A stretch of 64,000 nucleotides of DNA from Longimicrobiales bacterium (GCA_965116905.1 OZ220732.1:352001-416000); one strand, 5' to 3'. Shown: positions 10,114 through 19,672, numbered from the stretch's first letter. Made by a program: numbers and translations. Notes: generated from the letters alone by a model not told the origin.

Positions 10114-12756
10114 TTGCTATCCACGCTAGCACTCGCCGCAGCAATCCAACTGCCCGCCCAGGTGCCGGAACTGGCGCCCGGGACCCGCTACGATCCGGCC
10201 ATTCCAACGCTCGAAGAGGTTGTGGGTCACGACTTCGGGGAGGTCATCACGCCGCCCGACGATGTGATCCGGTACATCGAGGCGCTGGCCGCCGCCGCGC
10301 CGGAACGCACCCACCTCATCCGCTACGCGGAGAGCTGGGAAGGTCGCCCGCTCGTCGTCCTCGTCATCGGATCACCGGAGCGCATGGCGAGGTTGGACGA
10401 CGTCAAGACGGATCTGGCGCGTCTCGCCGACCCCCGCAGTCTGTCCGACGACGACGCGGAGGCCCTGCTCGCCGAGCTCCCCGTCGTCACCGCGCTCATG
10501 CACTCGATCCACGGCAACGAGATCAGTTCGAGTGGCGCGGCCATGGCGGAGGCCTATCACCTGCTGGCGGCAACCGGGGATGCCGATGTCGACCTGATCC
10601 TGTCCGAGTCGCTGGTCCTCATCGACCCCCTTGAGAACCCGGACGGACGGAACCGCTTCGTGTATCAGAACCAGATCGCGCAGGCCCGCTGGCCGGACGA
10701 GGCCGCGGTGTCGGCGGAACATGACGAACCGTGGCCGGGCGGACGGACCAATCACTACCTCTTCGACTTGAACCGGGACCTCTTCATCCAGAGCCAGCCC
10801 GAGACGCGGGGGAAGGTGGACGTGCTCCTCGAGTTTCGGCCGCAGATCGTCGCGGACCTGCACGAGATGGGCGGGGACGCCACCTACTTCTTTCCGCCCA
10901 CGGCACCGCCCTCCAACCCCTGGTACGGCGAGCGGCAGATCGCGCTAATGGACGTGTTCGGGTCGGCGACCGCGGCGCGCTTCGACGAACGCGGCTTCGC
11001 GTACTTCAACCGGGAGGTCTTCGACCTCTTCTACCCCGGCTACGTCGACATGTGGCCGATGGGGTACGGCGGGCTCGGCATGACCTACGAGCAGGCAAGC
11101 GCCCGCGCGCTGAGGCTACGGCAGTCGGACGGCGACCTGCTCACCTACGGCGACGGGGTGCTGCACCACTTCACGGCGGCGATCGAGACGGCGCTGACCG
11201 CCGCCCGGAACCGCGAGAGGATCCTGCGCGACTACCTCGCGTTCCGGCGTGACGGCGTGGCCGCGGGGCAGAGCGGCCCGGCGGAGATCGTGCTCCACTC
11301 GGCGCACGACCCGGGTATGGCGGAGCGCCTCGCCATGATGCTGGTGGAAAACGGAGTCGAGGTGTTCCGCGCATCGGGGCCGGTGACGGCCGGGGACCGC
11401 ACGCTGTCGGCCGGCTCCAGCTTCATCGTGCCGCTGGACCAGCCCATGCACGGGTTCATCCACAACCTGCTCGACGCCCACGTTCCCATGGCCGAAGACT
11501 TCGTGCGGCGGCAGATCGAGCGCCGCGCCAACCGTCAGTCGGATGAAATCTACGACCTGACGGCGTGGAGCCAGTCGCTGCTCTGGGACGTGGAGGCGAT
11601 CGAGACCGACGCGACCGGGGCGAGGGGCGAGCCCGTGACCGCCGAGGACGCGGCCGCCCGCCCGGAAGTGCTGGGTGACGCCGCGGAAGGCGAGCCGGTG
11701 GGCGCCCTGCCGGAAGCGGTCGTCGGCTACCTGATGCCGTGGGGCACCAACGGGGCCGCCGCCGTCGTCGAGGCGTTGCGGGAAGGCATTCGCGTGCGGG
11801 CGGCGGGCGCCGAGTTCACCCTGGGCGGGCGCCGTTACGGGACCGGCACCGTAATCGTCCGTGTAGCCGAGAACGGCCCGGATCTGCGCACCAGCCTGGC
11901 ACGGATCGCGGCCCGGCACAGTGCCGAAGTCGTCCCGATCGACGACGCGTACGTGCGCGAGGGCATGTCGCTGGGAAGCGGGCGGGTGCGGGGGCTGCGT
12001 GAACCACGTGTGCTGCTCGTCTACGATGCTCCCGGGCAGAGCTACTCGGTGGGTTGGGCCCGCTACGTGCTCGAGCGGCGCTACGGACAGCGCACGACAA
12101 CCGTGCGGGCATCGAGCCTCGGCCGGGCGACGCTGGCCGACTACGATGTGGTCGTCTTTCCGAGCGGCAATTACGGCAGTGCCGTGGGCGGGGGAATGGT
12201 GGACCGGCTGCAGGCCTGGATGCGCGACGGCGGCACCGTGATCACGATGGCCGAGTCTTCGCGCTGGGCGTCGCGGGCGGGGCTTCTGGCCACCGAGACG
12301 GAGCGCCGGGGCGGGCGGGCCGCGGGCGATGATCCGCCCGATCCCGGGACCCCGGACCAGCCCATCGAGTACCTCGACGCGATTTCTCCCGACGACGAAT
12401 CGCCCGAAGGCGTGCCGGGGGCCATTTTGCGCACCGTGCTCGACACCGAGCACTGGCTATCGGCGGGCACCGACGGCGAAATCGGCGTTCTGGTCGAGGG
12501 CTCACGCGTATTCCGCCCGATCACCCTCGACGACGGTACCAACGTGGGCCGCTATGCCGACCTCGAGAATCTCGTTCTCGGCGGGATCGTGTGGGAGGAG
12601 TCGCGGCCTCAGCTGGCCAACAAGGCCTTTCTAATCCACCAGCCCGTCGGACGCGGGCAACTCGTGGCGTTCGCGGAGGATCCGAACTACCGCGCGTATG
12701 CCGAGGCGACGCAACTGCTGTTCATGAACGCGGTGCTACTGGGACCGGGGCGTTAG
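10114..12756 (+). CDS. M14 family zinc carboxypeptidase (exported)
   Basis: HGNE, NPDG, DLNRD, DLHEMG, TYEQ motifs; C-terminal GATase-like domain. Confidence 0.85.
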   Translation: MLSTLALAAAIQLPAQVPELAPGTRYDPAIPTLEEVVGHDFGEVITPPDDVIRYIEALAAAAPERTHLIRYAESWEGRPLVVLVIGSPERMARLDDVKTDLARLADPRSLSDDDAEALLAELPVVTALMHSIHGNEISSSGAAMAEAYHLLAATGDADVDLILSESLVLIDPLENPDGRNRFVYQNQIAQARWPDEAAVSAEHDEPWPGGRTNHYLFDLNRDLFIQSQPETRGKVDVLLEFRPQIVADLHEMGGDATYFFPPTAPPSNPWYGERQIALMDVFGSATAARFDERGFAYFNREVFDLFYPGYVDMWPMGYGGLGMTYEQASARALRLRQSDGDLLTYGDGVLHHFTAAIETALTAARNRERILRDYLAFRRDGVAAGQSGPAEIVLHSAHDPGMAERLAMMLVENGVEVFRASGPVTAGDRTLSAGSSFIVPLDQPMHGFIHNLLDAHVPMAEDFVRRQIERRANRQSDEIYDLTAWSQSLLWDVEAIETDATGARGEPVTAEDAAARPEVLGDAAEGEPVGALPEAVVGYLMPWGTNGAAAVVEALREGIRVRAAGAEFTLGGRRYGTGTVIVRVAENGPDLRTSLARIAARHSAEVVPIDDAYVREGMSLGSGRVRGLREPRVLLVYDAPGQSYSVGWARYVLERRYGQRTTTVRASSLGRATLADYDVVVFPSGNYGSAVGGGMVDRLQAWMRDGGTVITMAESSRWASRAGLLATETERRGGRAAGDDPPDPGTPDQPIEYLDAISPDDESPEGVPGAILRTVLDTEHWLSAGTDGEIGVLVEGSRVFRPITLDDGTNVGRYADLENLVLGGIVWEESRPQLANKAFLIHQPVGRGQLVAFAEDPNYRAYAEATQLLFMNAVLLGPGR

Positions 12757-12980
12757 TTGCCGACCCCCTCAAGGCAACACATGTGGTTGTGGGTATCACA
12801 GCCATAAACGACGCAGGGTAACCTAGGGAACGTACCTATCGTCAAGTCCGGGTGACAGTACGGATCGAGGTCGCACGGTGCCTGAGCCGAGGCATCGTCC
12901 ACGATCCAGTATCCGACGGATATCGCCAGAAAGAGTGCGATGAAGCCGGCAAGGTTGATGCGCTTGATGAGTCTGTCCAC
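12753..12980 (-). CDS. Secreted six-cysteine peptide A (32-aa signal + 43-aa mature peptide)
   Basis: AGGAG RBS before GTG 12980; MDRLIKRINLAGFIALFLAISVGYWIVDDASA|QAPCDLDPYCHPDLTIGTFPRLPCVVYGCDTHNHMCCLEGVGN; paralog at 15401-15635. Confidence 0.85.
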   Translation of the reverse strand: MDRLIKRINLAGFIALFLAISVGYWIVDDASAQAPCDLDPYCHPDLTIGTFPRLPCVVYGCDTHNHMCCLEGVGN

Positions 12981-13030
12981 GTTCTGAGCTCCTTTGGGAT
13001 TACTTGAGTCGGTGCTGCGGATTGGCCATC

Positions 13031-14158
13031 TCAGTGTCGGGCCTTTAGTCGGTGCTTGGCGATGCGCCAAGGCGGGAAGTCCGAGTTTTGCAAGACGTAC
13101 AGGTACCGGCCTCCCCCGAGAACCTTGGCGCCCTGGGGTAGCAGGACATCCTCGTAGAGTTTGGCGGCGGTGTGGCGATCGTAAACCTCCAGCCGAGTGT
13201 GAAAACCACGGAACGGAGGAACCAGCTTCGTCTCGTCCAGGCGGCCGATCGTAAATACAAGATAGTCCTCGCCCACCACATCGATTCGCGCGACGTTGTC
13301 GAAACTAGCCAGCAAGCGGGCCACCTTCGGGCCACCCTGCTCTGTCGCAAAGTAGCCCCGCGGAATATCTGGGATTTCTCGAAACGAAGGCGACGGGAGA
13401 CCAATCGTGCCAACCGAATCCCCAGCGCCGTCCAAGATCGTAGCCGGGTACAACACAGATGCCATGACGAATATCGAGTCGCCCGCGACGGTAACGGGTA
13501 TGTCTGTAAACGCACCCACATATGGCTTGTCGAAGACGGGAGAGCGCCACGCGCTCCATGTGACCTCTCCGTCGACCAAGCGATGGTAGAATCCGCGCTG
13601 CCTTGCCACCTCGGGACTTGTCAGGGTCTCCCCAGACAGCGGTCCCAAACCAAAGAAGACGATGTCTTCCCTGAGCGCAAAGAGGTCCCCCACCAGATAG
13701 TTCACAGCCAGCATCGTATCGGGGGTTAGGTCTCTGTCCAGGAAGGTCAGCCATGGGTTGCGGGGGCTTGCCACAACAACGTGTCCCGAGGGCATTTCGG
13801 TCACACCGACGATCTCTCGAAACTCCCAGGGGCCGCTGCCGAAGCGTCCAAATGCAGCTTCGAGTGCGCCGTCCTCCGAATAGGTGCGGACACGAGGCAG
13901 GATTCGGTCAGCGATGATGAAACCTCCATCGCGCCGCTCTACGAACACGCCGATCTCGGCAATCGAGTCGGCCGGTTGTTCGCCAAGTTCGATGACTTCC
14001 GTGAGCTGGAATACTTCGTCCATGGGAGGTGCAGGAACGCTGGGAAGCGGCTGATCGCAGGAAGCGAGCACCCCTGCTGTGACGAGCATCGAGGCAGCGA
14101 CCCAAGCCCAAGGCCTATTAGCCCATGCCATTCCGAATGCCCCAAGGTGCCAATCCAC
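13031..14158 (-). CDS. Beta-propeller lipoprotein, paralog P1
   Basis: Lipobox LASC; PRVRTY..DG.L.AAFGRFG.GPWEF; conserved C-terminus EVYDRHT..KLYEDV...GGGRYLYVLQN. Confidence 0.8.
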   Translation of the reverse strand: MDWHLGAFGMAWANRPWAWVAASMLVTAGVLASCDQPLPSVPAPPMDEVFQLTEVIELGEQPADSIAEIGVFVERRDGGFIIADRILPRVRTYSEDGALEAAFGRFGSGPWEFREIVGVTEMPSGHVVVASPRNPWLTFLDRDLTPDTMLAVNYLVGDLFALREDIVFFGLGPLSGETLTSPEVARQRGFYHRLVDGEVTWSAWRSPVFDKPYVGAFTDIPVTVAGDSIFVMASVLYPATILDGAGDSVGTIGLPSPSFREIPDIPRGYFATEQGGPKVARLLASFDNVARIDVVGEDYLVFTIGRLDETKLVPPFRGFHTRLEVYDRHTAAKLYEDVLLPQGAKVLGGGRYLYVLQNSDFPPWRIAKHRLKARH

Positions 14159-14199
14159 CTAGGACTCCACTACCCGGAGGCCGACTGCGCCCGACTGAC

Positions 14200-15282
14200 T
14201 CAATCCGCTACCCGCAGCCTGTACTTCGCGATCCGCCACGGCGGGATGTCCGGGTTCTGTAGCACGTACAGGTACCGGCCCCCGCCGAGCACCTTGACGC
14301 CGTCGGGCAGTGGCACGTCCTCGTAGAGCTTGGTGCCGGTATGGCGGTCGTAGACTTCGAGTCGGGTGTGGACCACCCTGAAGGGAAAGAGCGGCTTCGT
14401 TTCGTCAAGCTGACCCACCGTGAAGACCAGGTGGTTACCGGCGACCACATCAATGCGACGAACAAGGTCGAACGTGCCTAGTAGATCGCTGAAATCCTGT
14501 CCTCCCGGCGAAGTGGTGGAATACGCACCCGGCTCAATCTCCGGAACCCTGCGGAATGAATGTGATGGCGTCCCAATCGTGCCCACCGAATCCCCAGCTC
14601 CGTTCAGAATCGTGGCAGGGTAGAGCAACTGAGCCATGGCGAAGATCGAGTCCCCGGCCACGGCGCCTACCACATCCCCGAATCCCTGCCAGTAGGGCTT
14701 TCCAAAGATCGGCGTCGTCCAAGTCGTCCACGCAACACCCCCGTCGACCAACCGGTGAAAGTAGCCGTTCTGTAACGCCACGTCGTGTATCGACCGAGCC
14801 TGGCCGATGCCGTAGAAGACAATGTCCGGCCCGAAGGGAAAAACCTGAAAAATCCAGTTATCGCCGATTCCCACCAGAGTATCCGGACTCAGGTCGCTGT
14901 TCAGATAGGTGAGCCATCGGTTGCGCGGACTCGATACGACAATTCGCCCGGAAGCTGTCTCCGCTACACCGCTGATACGTTGCAGTTCCCAGGGGCCGTC
15001 TCCGAAGCGTCCGAATGCGGCTTCCAGGGACCCGTCATCCGTGTACGTGCGCACGCGAGGCAGGATCCAGTCGCTGATGACGAAGCCGCCGTGCTGTCGC
15101 TCGACGAAGACACCGACCTCGGCGATCGAGTCGGCCGGATCTTCGCCCAATACGACCACCTCTGCGAACTCGAAGACCTCGGAGAAGGATGGGGAGGCAA
15201 CGGCCCTCGGCGGCTGATCACAGGAAGCGAGCGAAACGCTCGTGCTGACAACCAGAGCCGACACTACAGATCGGGATTGCAT
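14200..15282 (-). CDS. Beta-propeller lipoprotein, paralog P2
   Basis: Start ATG 15282 (MQSRSVVSALVVSTSVSLASC); same conserved blocks as P1/P3/P4/P5. Confidence 0.8.
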   Translation of the reverse strand: MQSRSVVSALVVSTSVSLASCDQPPRAVASPSFSEVFEFAEVVVLGEDPADSIAEVGVFVERQHGGFVISDWILPRVRTYTDDGSLEAAFGRFGDGPWELQRISGVAETASGRIVVSSPRNRWLTYLNSDLSPDTLVGIGDNWIFQVFPFGPDIVFYGIGQARSIHDVALQNGYFHRLVDGGVAWTTWTTPIFGKPYWQGFGDVVGAVAGDSIFAMAQLLYPATILNGAGDSVGTIGTPSHSFRRVPEIEPGAYSTTSPGGQDFSDLLGTFDLVRRIDVVAGNHLVFTVGQLDETKPLFPFRVVHTRLEVYDRHTGTKLYEDVPLPDGVKVLGGGRYLYVLQNPDIPPWRIAKYRLRVAD

Positions 15283-15400
15283 CACTAGCTGGCTTCCACC
15301 GAGGCCACGACAAGCCCCGCTAGAACATCGCCTTTCGAGACTCACAGCAAGGCAGTGTAAAGGCAGTGTACTAGCGGCGCGCGGCCGGCGCCACAACAGC

Positions 15401-15635
15401 CTAATTGCTGATCCCGTCCAAACAACAGGTCTGATGACGGGTGTCACAGTCATTCGTGAGGCAGGCATAGTGCCCGACGCTTCCTGGCGTATCCTCATGA
15501 CATTCCGGCGTGTCCCCACACCACGGCCACTGCGCCGACGCCCCCTGCACCGTGCCGTACCCCACCGTGATCGCGACCACGAGCGCGGCCACACCCACAG
15601 CCTGGAAGAACTTGATGAACCGGTAACCGGTCCAT
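15401..15635 (-). pseudogene. Secreted six-cysteine peptide B, frameshifted by a 7-bp tandem duplication
   Basis: RBS AAAGGGG before ATG 15635; removing one ACCGGTT copy gives a 228-nt ORF MDRFIKFFQAVGVAALVVAITVGYGTVQGASA|QWPWCGDTPECHEDTPGSVGHYACLTNDCDTRHQTCCLDGISN, the same length as peptide A. Confidence 0.85.
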
Positions 15636-15654
15636 TGTCGATCCCCTTTCGGAT

Positions 15655-16266
15655 CTAAGGTTGATTGCGGACGAGTTGACTGGGGAGCACCCCGCGCAGG
15701 GCGCCCACCTGGGCATCGAAGCTCCAGCCGCACTCCGAGCTCCCGGATCTGGCATCGGCGAGCAAAACGATTCCACTGCCGTCAACCAGCAACTTCGTAT
15801 TGGAAAGCAGCGGGCCAACGGCCGCTACCAGTTCCTCTTTCGACATCGATACGATCTCTGTGTCGCGTAGCGCACGCCGGGCCATGGCCGGCACCTCTCC
15901 ACTGCCGGCAATGATCAAACGCCGACGCAGACCGCGGTCGGCGCCGAGTGCGTTCCAAGGCCCAAAACCCTCGTTCAGGCACTGCGGACAGAGTCCGGGA
16001 TCGACAATCCACAGGAGGTGGGCTTCGGCAGTCCGCTGCGTTCCGGACGCCAGCGATGGCGATAGACCGAGGAGTGTCAGCGGGACTCGACTGCCGACCA
16101 GGCGGTCGTGGACGGCGGTCCGGGAAGCCATCGCACTCTGGCCGGCCAGACTGGCGCGCAACTCGCTGTTGATGCCGGTGGCGCGTACAACGAAGACCGA
16201 CGCCGCCAGGAGAAGCGATGCGGTCGCCATGGTCGCGACCCTGCGACTTCCCAGATTCCCGATCAC
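15655..16266 (-). CDS. Membrane-anchored thioredoxin-like CxxC protein
   Basis: N-terminal TM/signal; LLWIVDPGLCPQCLNE (strand then CxxC helix); KLLVDGSGIVL resembles the TlpA-type C-terminal hairpin. Confidence 0.6.
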   Translation of the reverse strand: MIGNLGSRRVATMATASLLLAASVFVVRATGINSELRASLAGQSAMASRTAVHDRLVGSRVPLTLLGLSPSLASGTQRTAEAHLLWIVDPGLCPQCLNEGFGPWNALGADRGLRRRLIIAGSGEVPAMARRALRDTEIVSMSKEELVAAVGPLLSNTKLLVDGSGIVLLADARSGSSECGWSFDAQVGALRGVLPSQLVRNQP

Positions 16267-16388
16267 GCTGGACCCTTTCGGTTGGTGGTATCCCTAGTCT
16301 CTGCGCCTGTGAGCAGCCGCCATAATCGCAAGTGGGCGTCTGGACGACGGGAAGAATAGTCACTCGCTAGCCGTTCTCCTATGTCGTT

Positions 16389-17024
16389 TCACGGTCCAGC
16401 GTTGTTGTCTCCCATGCTTTCTTTTCCAACGGGCGTGCCCCGCAGCTTCGGAGTGGTGAGAAAAACGGCCCTCACCGCCTCCCGGGCCCAGAAAGAGACG
16501 GGCATCACCGGAAGCTGGACAGGTGTCTTGCCCACGAGCGTCACCGTGAAACGATGCCATCCCGCCCGGTCGCTGAAGCCCAGACGCCACGCGATTTGGG
16601 TGATTCCAACCCCGGCGTTCCGAAGGGCCACCCCATGGCTGAGCCGGATCCACCGCAGCCCGAGGGACATCGAAAATCCTTGTCTCAGCGCCGTATCGGA
16701 CAGGTACTCGGGGCTGCAATCGAGGATCTTCGCCACATCTGCGACGGTTCGAACATAGGCTCCGTTGGCCGTTGCCCCGCCACCGGGGAGTCCATGTATG
16801 CTGACACCTCCGTGGTTCTTCCGGTCCCCAGAGGAAAGACCCGGGATGCCATCGACGTCCTGGAGCGCCGCAACTCGCAGGGCGGCACCCAACATCGGCG
16901 GTCCAGGGCACGCGTTGAGGAAGGGTTGGATTTCGGTTGTGTAGTCCGGTTCTGGATGGTCCATGGCCTCGCTGCAGTTGGGGTTCAGAAGTTCCTCCGG
17001 CTTCGGGCGTTGGCGCGCTTCCAA
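16389..17024 (-). CDS. AraC-type helix-turn-helix regulator
   Basis: VADVAKILDCSPEYLS...ITQIAWRLGFSDRAGWHRFTVTLVGKTP matches the AraC double-HTH pattern; start uncertain. Confidence 0.65.
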   Translation of the reverse strand: MEARQRPKPEELLNPNCSEAMDHPEPDYTTEIQPFLNACPGPPMLGAALRVAALQDVDGIPGLSSGDRKNHGGVSIHGLPGGGATANGAYVRTVADVAKILDCSPEYLSDTALRQGFSMSLGLRWIRLSHGVALRNAGVGITQIAWRLGFSDRAGWHRFTVTLVGKTPVQLPVMPVSFWAREAVRAVFLTTPKLRGTPVGKESMGDNNAGP

Positions 17025-17313
17025 CTCGCCACGCCACCCTTCTTAACGCTGCGGCAGCCCAGGAGATACTGTCATTTGCCGACAGGCACTCCTCTCCGCG
17101 TCCATGGGCTTTCGCTGGGCCGAGGGGGCTGGGCAGGCCTGCAAGGCCTCCGAGGTCTTCGGTCTGGACCGGGAGCCACGCTCCCGGAAGCAGAACACGC
17201 CCTGTCTACTCACCAGTTCTTAGCTCGCGAATGTGCAATCACACCCCGCCGAGCGGGCACTGAGTGCGAGCCGAGCTAAAGTGGCGGGATAGGCTACCGC
17301 CGGGCGCCCCGAT

Positions 17314-18441
17314 TCAATCCGCTACCCGCAGCCGGTATTTCGCGATCCGCCACGGCGGGATGTCCGGGTTCTGGAGGACGTACAGGTAGCGTCCACCGCC
17401 AATCACCTTGACGCCGCCGGAAAGTAGCACGTCGTCGTAGAGCTTGGTGCCGGTGTGGCGGTCGTAGACCTCGAGTCGGGTATGGAGCACCCTGAAGGGA
17501 TAGAACGGCTTCGTTTCGTCATGCTGACCCAGTGTGAAGACCAGGTGGCTACCGGCGACCACATCGATGCGAGAGACAAGGTCGAACGTGCCCAGCACAT
17601 CGCTGGCATCCTGACCTCTGGGAGACGTAGTAGCGTACGCACCAAACTCAATCTCTGGGATTCTGCGGAACGAGGGTGATGGTGCGCCAATCGTACCCAC
17701 CGAGTCACCGGCTCCGTTCAGAATCGTCGCAGGGTAGAGCAGCTTGGCCATGGCAAAGATCGAATCACCGGCCACTGCCCCAGTCACATCTCCGAAATTG
17801 TGCCAATACGGCATCCCGAAGATCGGCGTAGTCCAACTCGTCCACGCTACATTTCCGTCGACCAGCCGGTGAAAGTACCCGTCCTGCATGGCCACGTCGT
17901 GAATCGTCCCCGCCGGCCCGATTCCATAGAAGACTATGTCCGGTCCGAAAGGGAACATCTGCAAGACGGCATTGCCGCCGATTCCCACCATAGTATCTGG
18001 ACTCAGGTCGCTGTTCAGGTAGGTCAGCCACCGATTGCGTGGGCTCGCTACGACGATCTGCCCGGAAGCTGTCTCCGCGACACTGCTGATTCGTTGCAGT
18101 TCCCAGGGGCCGTCTCCGAACCGTCCGAATGCGGCTCGCAGCGAGCCGTCCTCCGCGTACGTTCGCACGCGGGGCAGGATCCAGTCGCTGATGACGAAGC
18201 CGCCGTGCTGCCGCTCGACGAAGACACCGACCTCGGCGATCGAATCGGCCGGGGCTTCGCCGAGTTCGATGACCTCCACGAGTTCGAAGACCTCGAGGAA
18301 GGGCGGGGAGGCGACGGTTTGCGGGGGTCGGCCGCAGGAGGCGAGGGCCAGAATCTGGCTCGCACCGGCGATTGTGGCCATCCAGGGGCCGGATACGGAT
18401 CGGATCAACTGACTGGTCTCCCGTTGCAGCCTGCAATCCAT
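17314..18441 (-). CDS. Beta-propeller lipoprotein, paralog P3
   Basis: Lipobox LASC; body near-identical to P2, 5' end like P4. Confidence 0.8.
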   Translation of the reverse strand: MDCRLQRETSQLIRSVSGPWMATIAGASQILALASCGRPPQTVASPPFLEVFELVEVIELGEAPADSIAEVGVFVERQHGGFVISDWILPRVRTYAEDGSLRAAFGRFGDGPWELQRISSVAETASGQIVVASPRNRWLTYLNSDLSPDTMVGIGGNAVLQMFPFGPDIVFYGIGPAGTIHDVAMQDGYFHRLVDGNVAWTSWTTPIFGMPYWHNFGDVTGAVAGDSIFAMAKLLYPATILNGAGDSVGTIGAPSPSFRRIPEIEFGAYATTSPRGQDASDVLGTFDLVSRIDVVAGSHLVFTLGQHDETKPFYPFRVLHTRLEVYDRHTGTKLYDDVLLSGGVKVIGGGRYLYVLQNPDIPPWRIAKYRLRVAD

Positions 18442-18571
18442 GAGAGTGTACTCGGAGCGTTCGCCTCCCTCCTAATATTCTAGTTGTTGATCCTACTGGA
18501 CAACAGTGCCGACACCGGCTGTGGCGGTGCTGGGTCCGGGCAGGGACGAGGACACCGCCGGGCGCCTCGAG

Positions 18572-19672
18572 TCAATCCGCCGCCCGCAGCCGGTATTTCG
18601 CGATCCGCCACGGCGGGATGTCCGGGTTCTGGAGCACGTACAGATACCGGCCGCCGCCGATCACCTTGACGCCGTCGGGCAGTGGCACGTCCTCGTAGAG
18701 CTTGGTGCCGGTATGGCGGTCGTAGACTTCGAGTCGGGTGTGGAGAACTCGGAAGGGCGGATAGGGCATTGCCTCGTCGAGTGTGCCCAGGGTGAACACC
18801 ATGTAGTCGCTCTCAACGACGTCAATTCGCGGCACCAGGTCGAACGCGCCCACCAAATCTCCGAAGTCCTGCCCCTGGGGTGAGAATGAGGCATAAGCGC
18901 CCGGCTCGATCTCGGGAATCTGACGAAACGAAGATGAAGGAGTCCCGATCGTCCCGACCGAGTCGCCTGATGCGTCGATGACGGTTGCCGGATACAGCAA
19001 CGCGGTCATGATGAACAGTGAATCGCCTGCGGTCGCCACACCGCTGGTTCCCCCGGTCAGGCCGCCCCAGTAGGGCTTGTCAACCAAGGGGTTCTGCCAA
19101 CTGCTCCATACGACGCCGCCATCCACATAGCCGTGGTAGTGCCCGTTATCGTCCGCCCGTCCCTCCGCAAGAAAGTCCTCCCCGACAGCCTCCAGCACGA
19201 GATCCGATCCAAACGAGAAAACGTTGAACACCACGTACCCATCAAGCGGGACTATCGTGTCGCGTGCGAGTTCACTGGTCAGGTAGGCCAATCCGGGATT
19301 CCGCCAGCTGACCACCACGATTCTCCCCGAGCGTGTCTCCGCCACGCCATCGATCCGTCGAAACTCCCACGGGCCATCGCCGAAACGCCCGAATCCGCCT
19401 TCCAGGCTGCCATCCTCAGCATACGTCCGCACCCGCGGGAGAAACCGGTCGCCGATGATGAAACCGCCCTCTCGCCGCTCGACGAGCACACCGATCTCGG
19501 CGATCGAATCGGCCGGATCCTCCCCGAGTTCGATGACTTCAACGAGTTCGAAGACCTCGGGAAACGGCGGGGAGACCACGGTCTGCGGGGGTCGATCGCA
19601 GGACGCGAGAACCAGCATCGGGCTCGCACTGGCGATCATCGCCATCCAGAGGCCGGATACGGATCGGATCAC
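18572..19672 (-). CDS. Beta-propeller lipoprotein, paralog P4
   Basis: Probable GTG 19672 (MIRSVSGLWMAMIASASPMLVLASC); conserved family blocks. Confidence 0.8.
   Translation of the reverse strand: MIRSVSGLWMAMIASASPMLVLASCDRPPQTVVSPPFPEVFELVEVIELGEDPADSIAEIGVLVERREGGFIIGDRFLPRVRTYAEDGSLEGGFGRFGDGPWEFRRIDGVAETRSGRIVVVSWRNPGLAYLTSELARDTIVPLDGYVVFNVFSFGSDLVLEAVGEDFLAEGRADDNGHYHGYVDGGVVWSSWQNPLVDKPYWGGLTGGTSGVATAGDSLFIMTALLYPATVIDASGDSVGTIGTPSSSFRQIPEIEPGAYASFSPQGQDFGDLVGAFDLVPRIDVVESDYMVFTLGTLDEAMPYPPFRVLHTRLEVYDRHTGTKLYEDVPLPDGVKVIGGGRYLYVLQNPDIPPWRIAKYRLRAAD

Noticed and set aside
15283..15594. 104-aa N-terminal extension of P2 in the ORF track
   Set aside because: Overlaps peptide B in another frame; lipobox position and paralog lengths support a start near 15282
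12753..15635. Calling the peptides beta-defensins or modified RiPPs
   Set aside because: Only the terminal C-x6-CC spacing resembles beta-defensins and the peptides are acidic; no radical SAM, LanM, YcaO or double-glycine leader/exporter nearby
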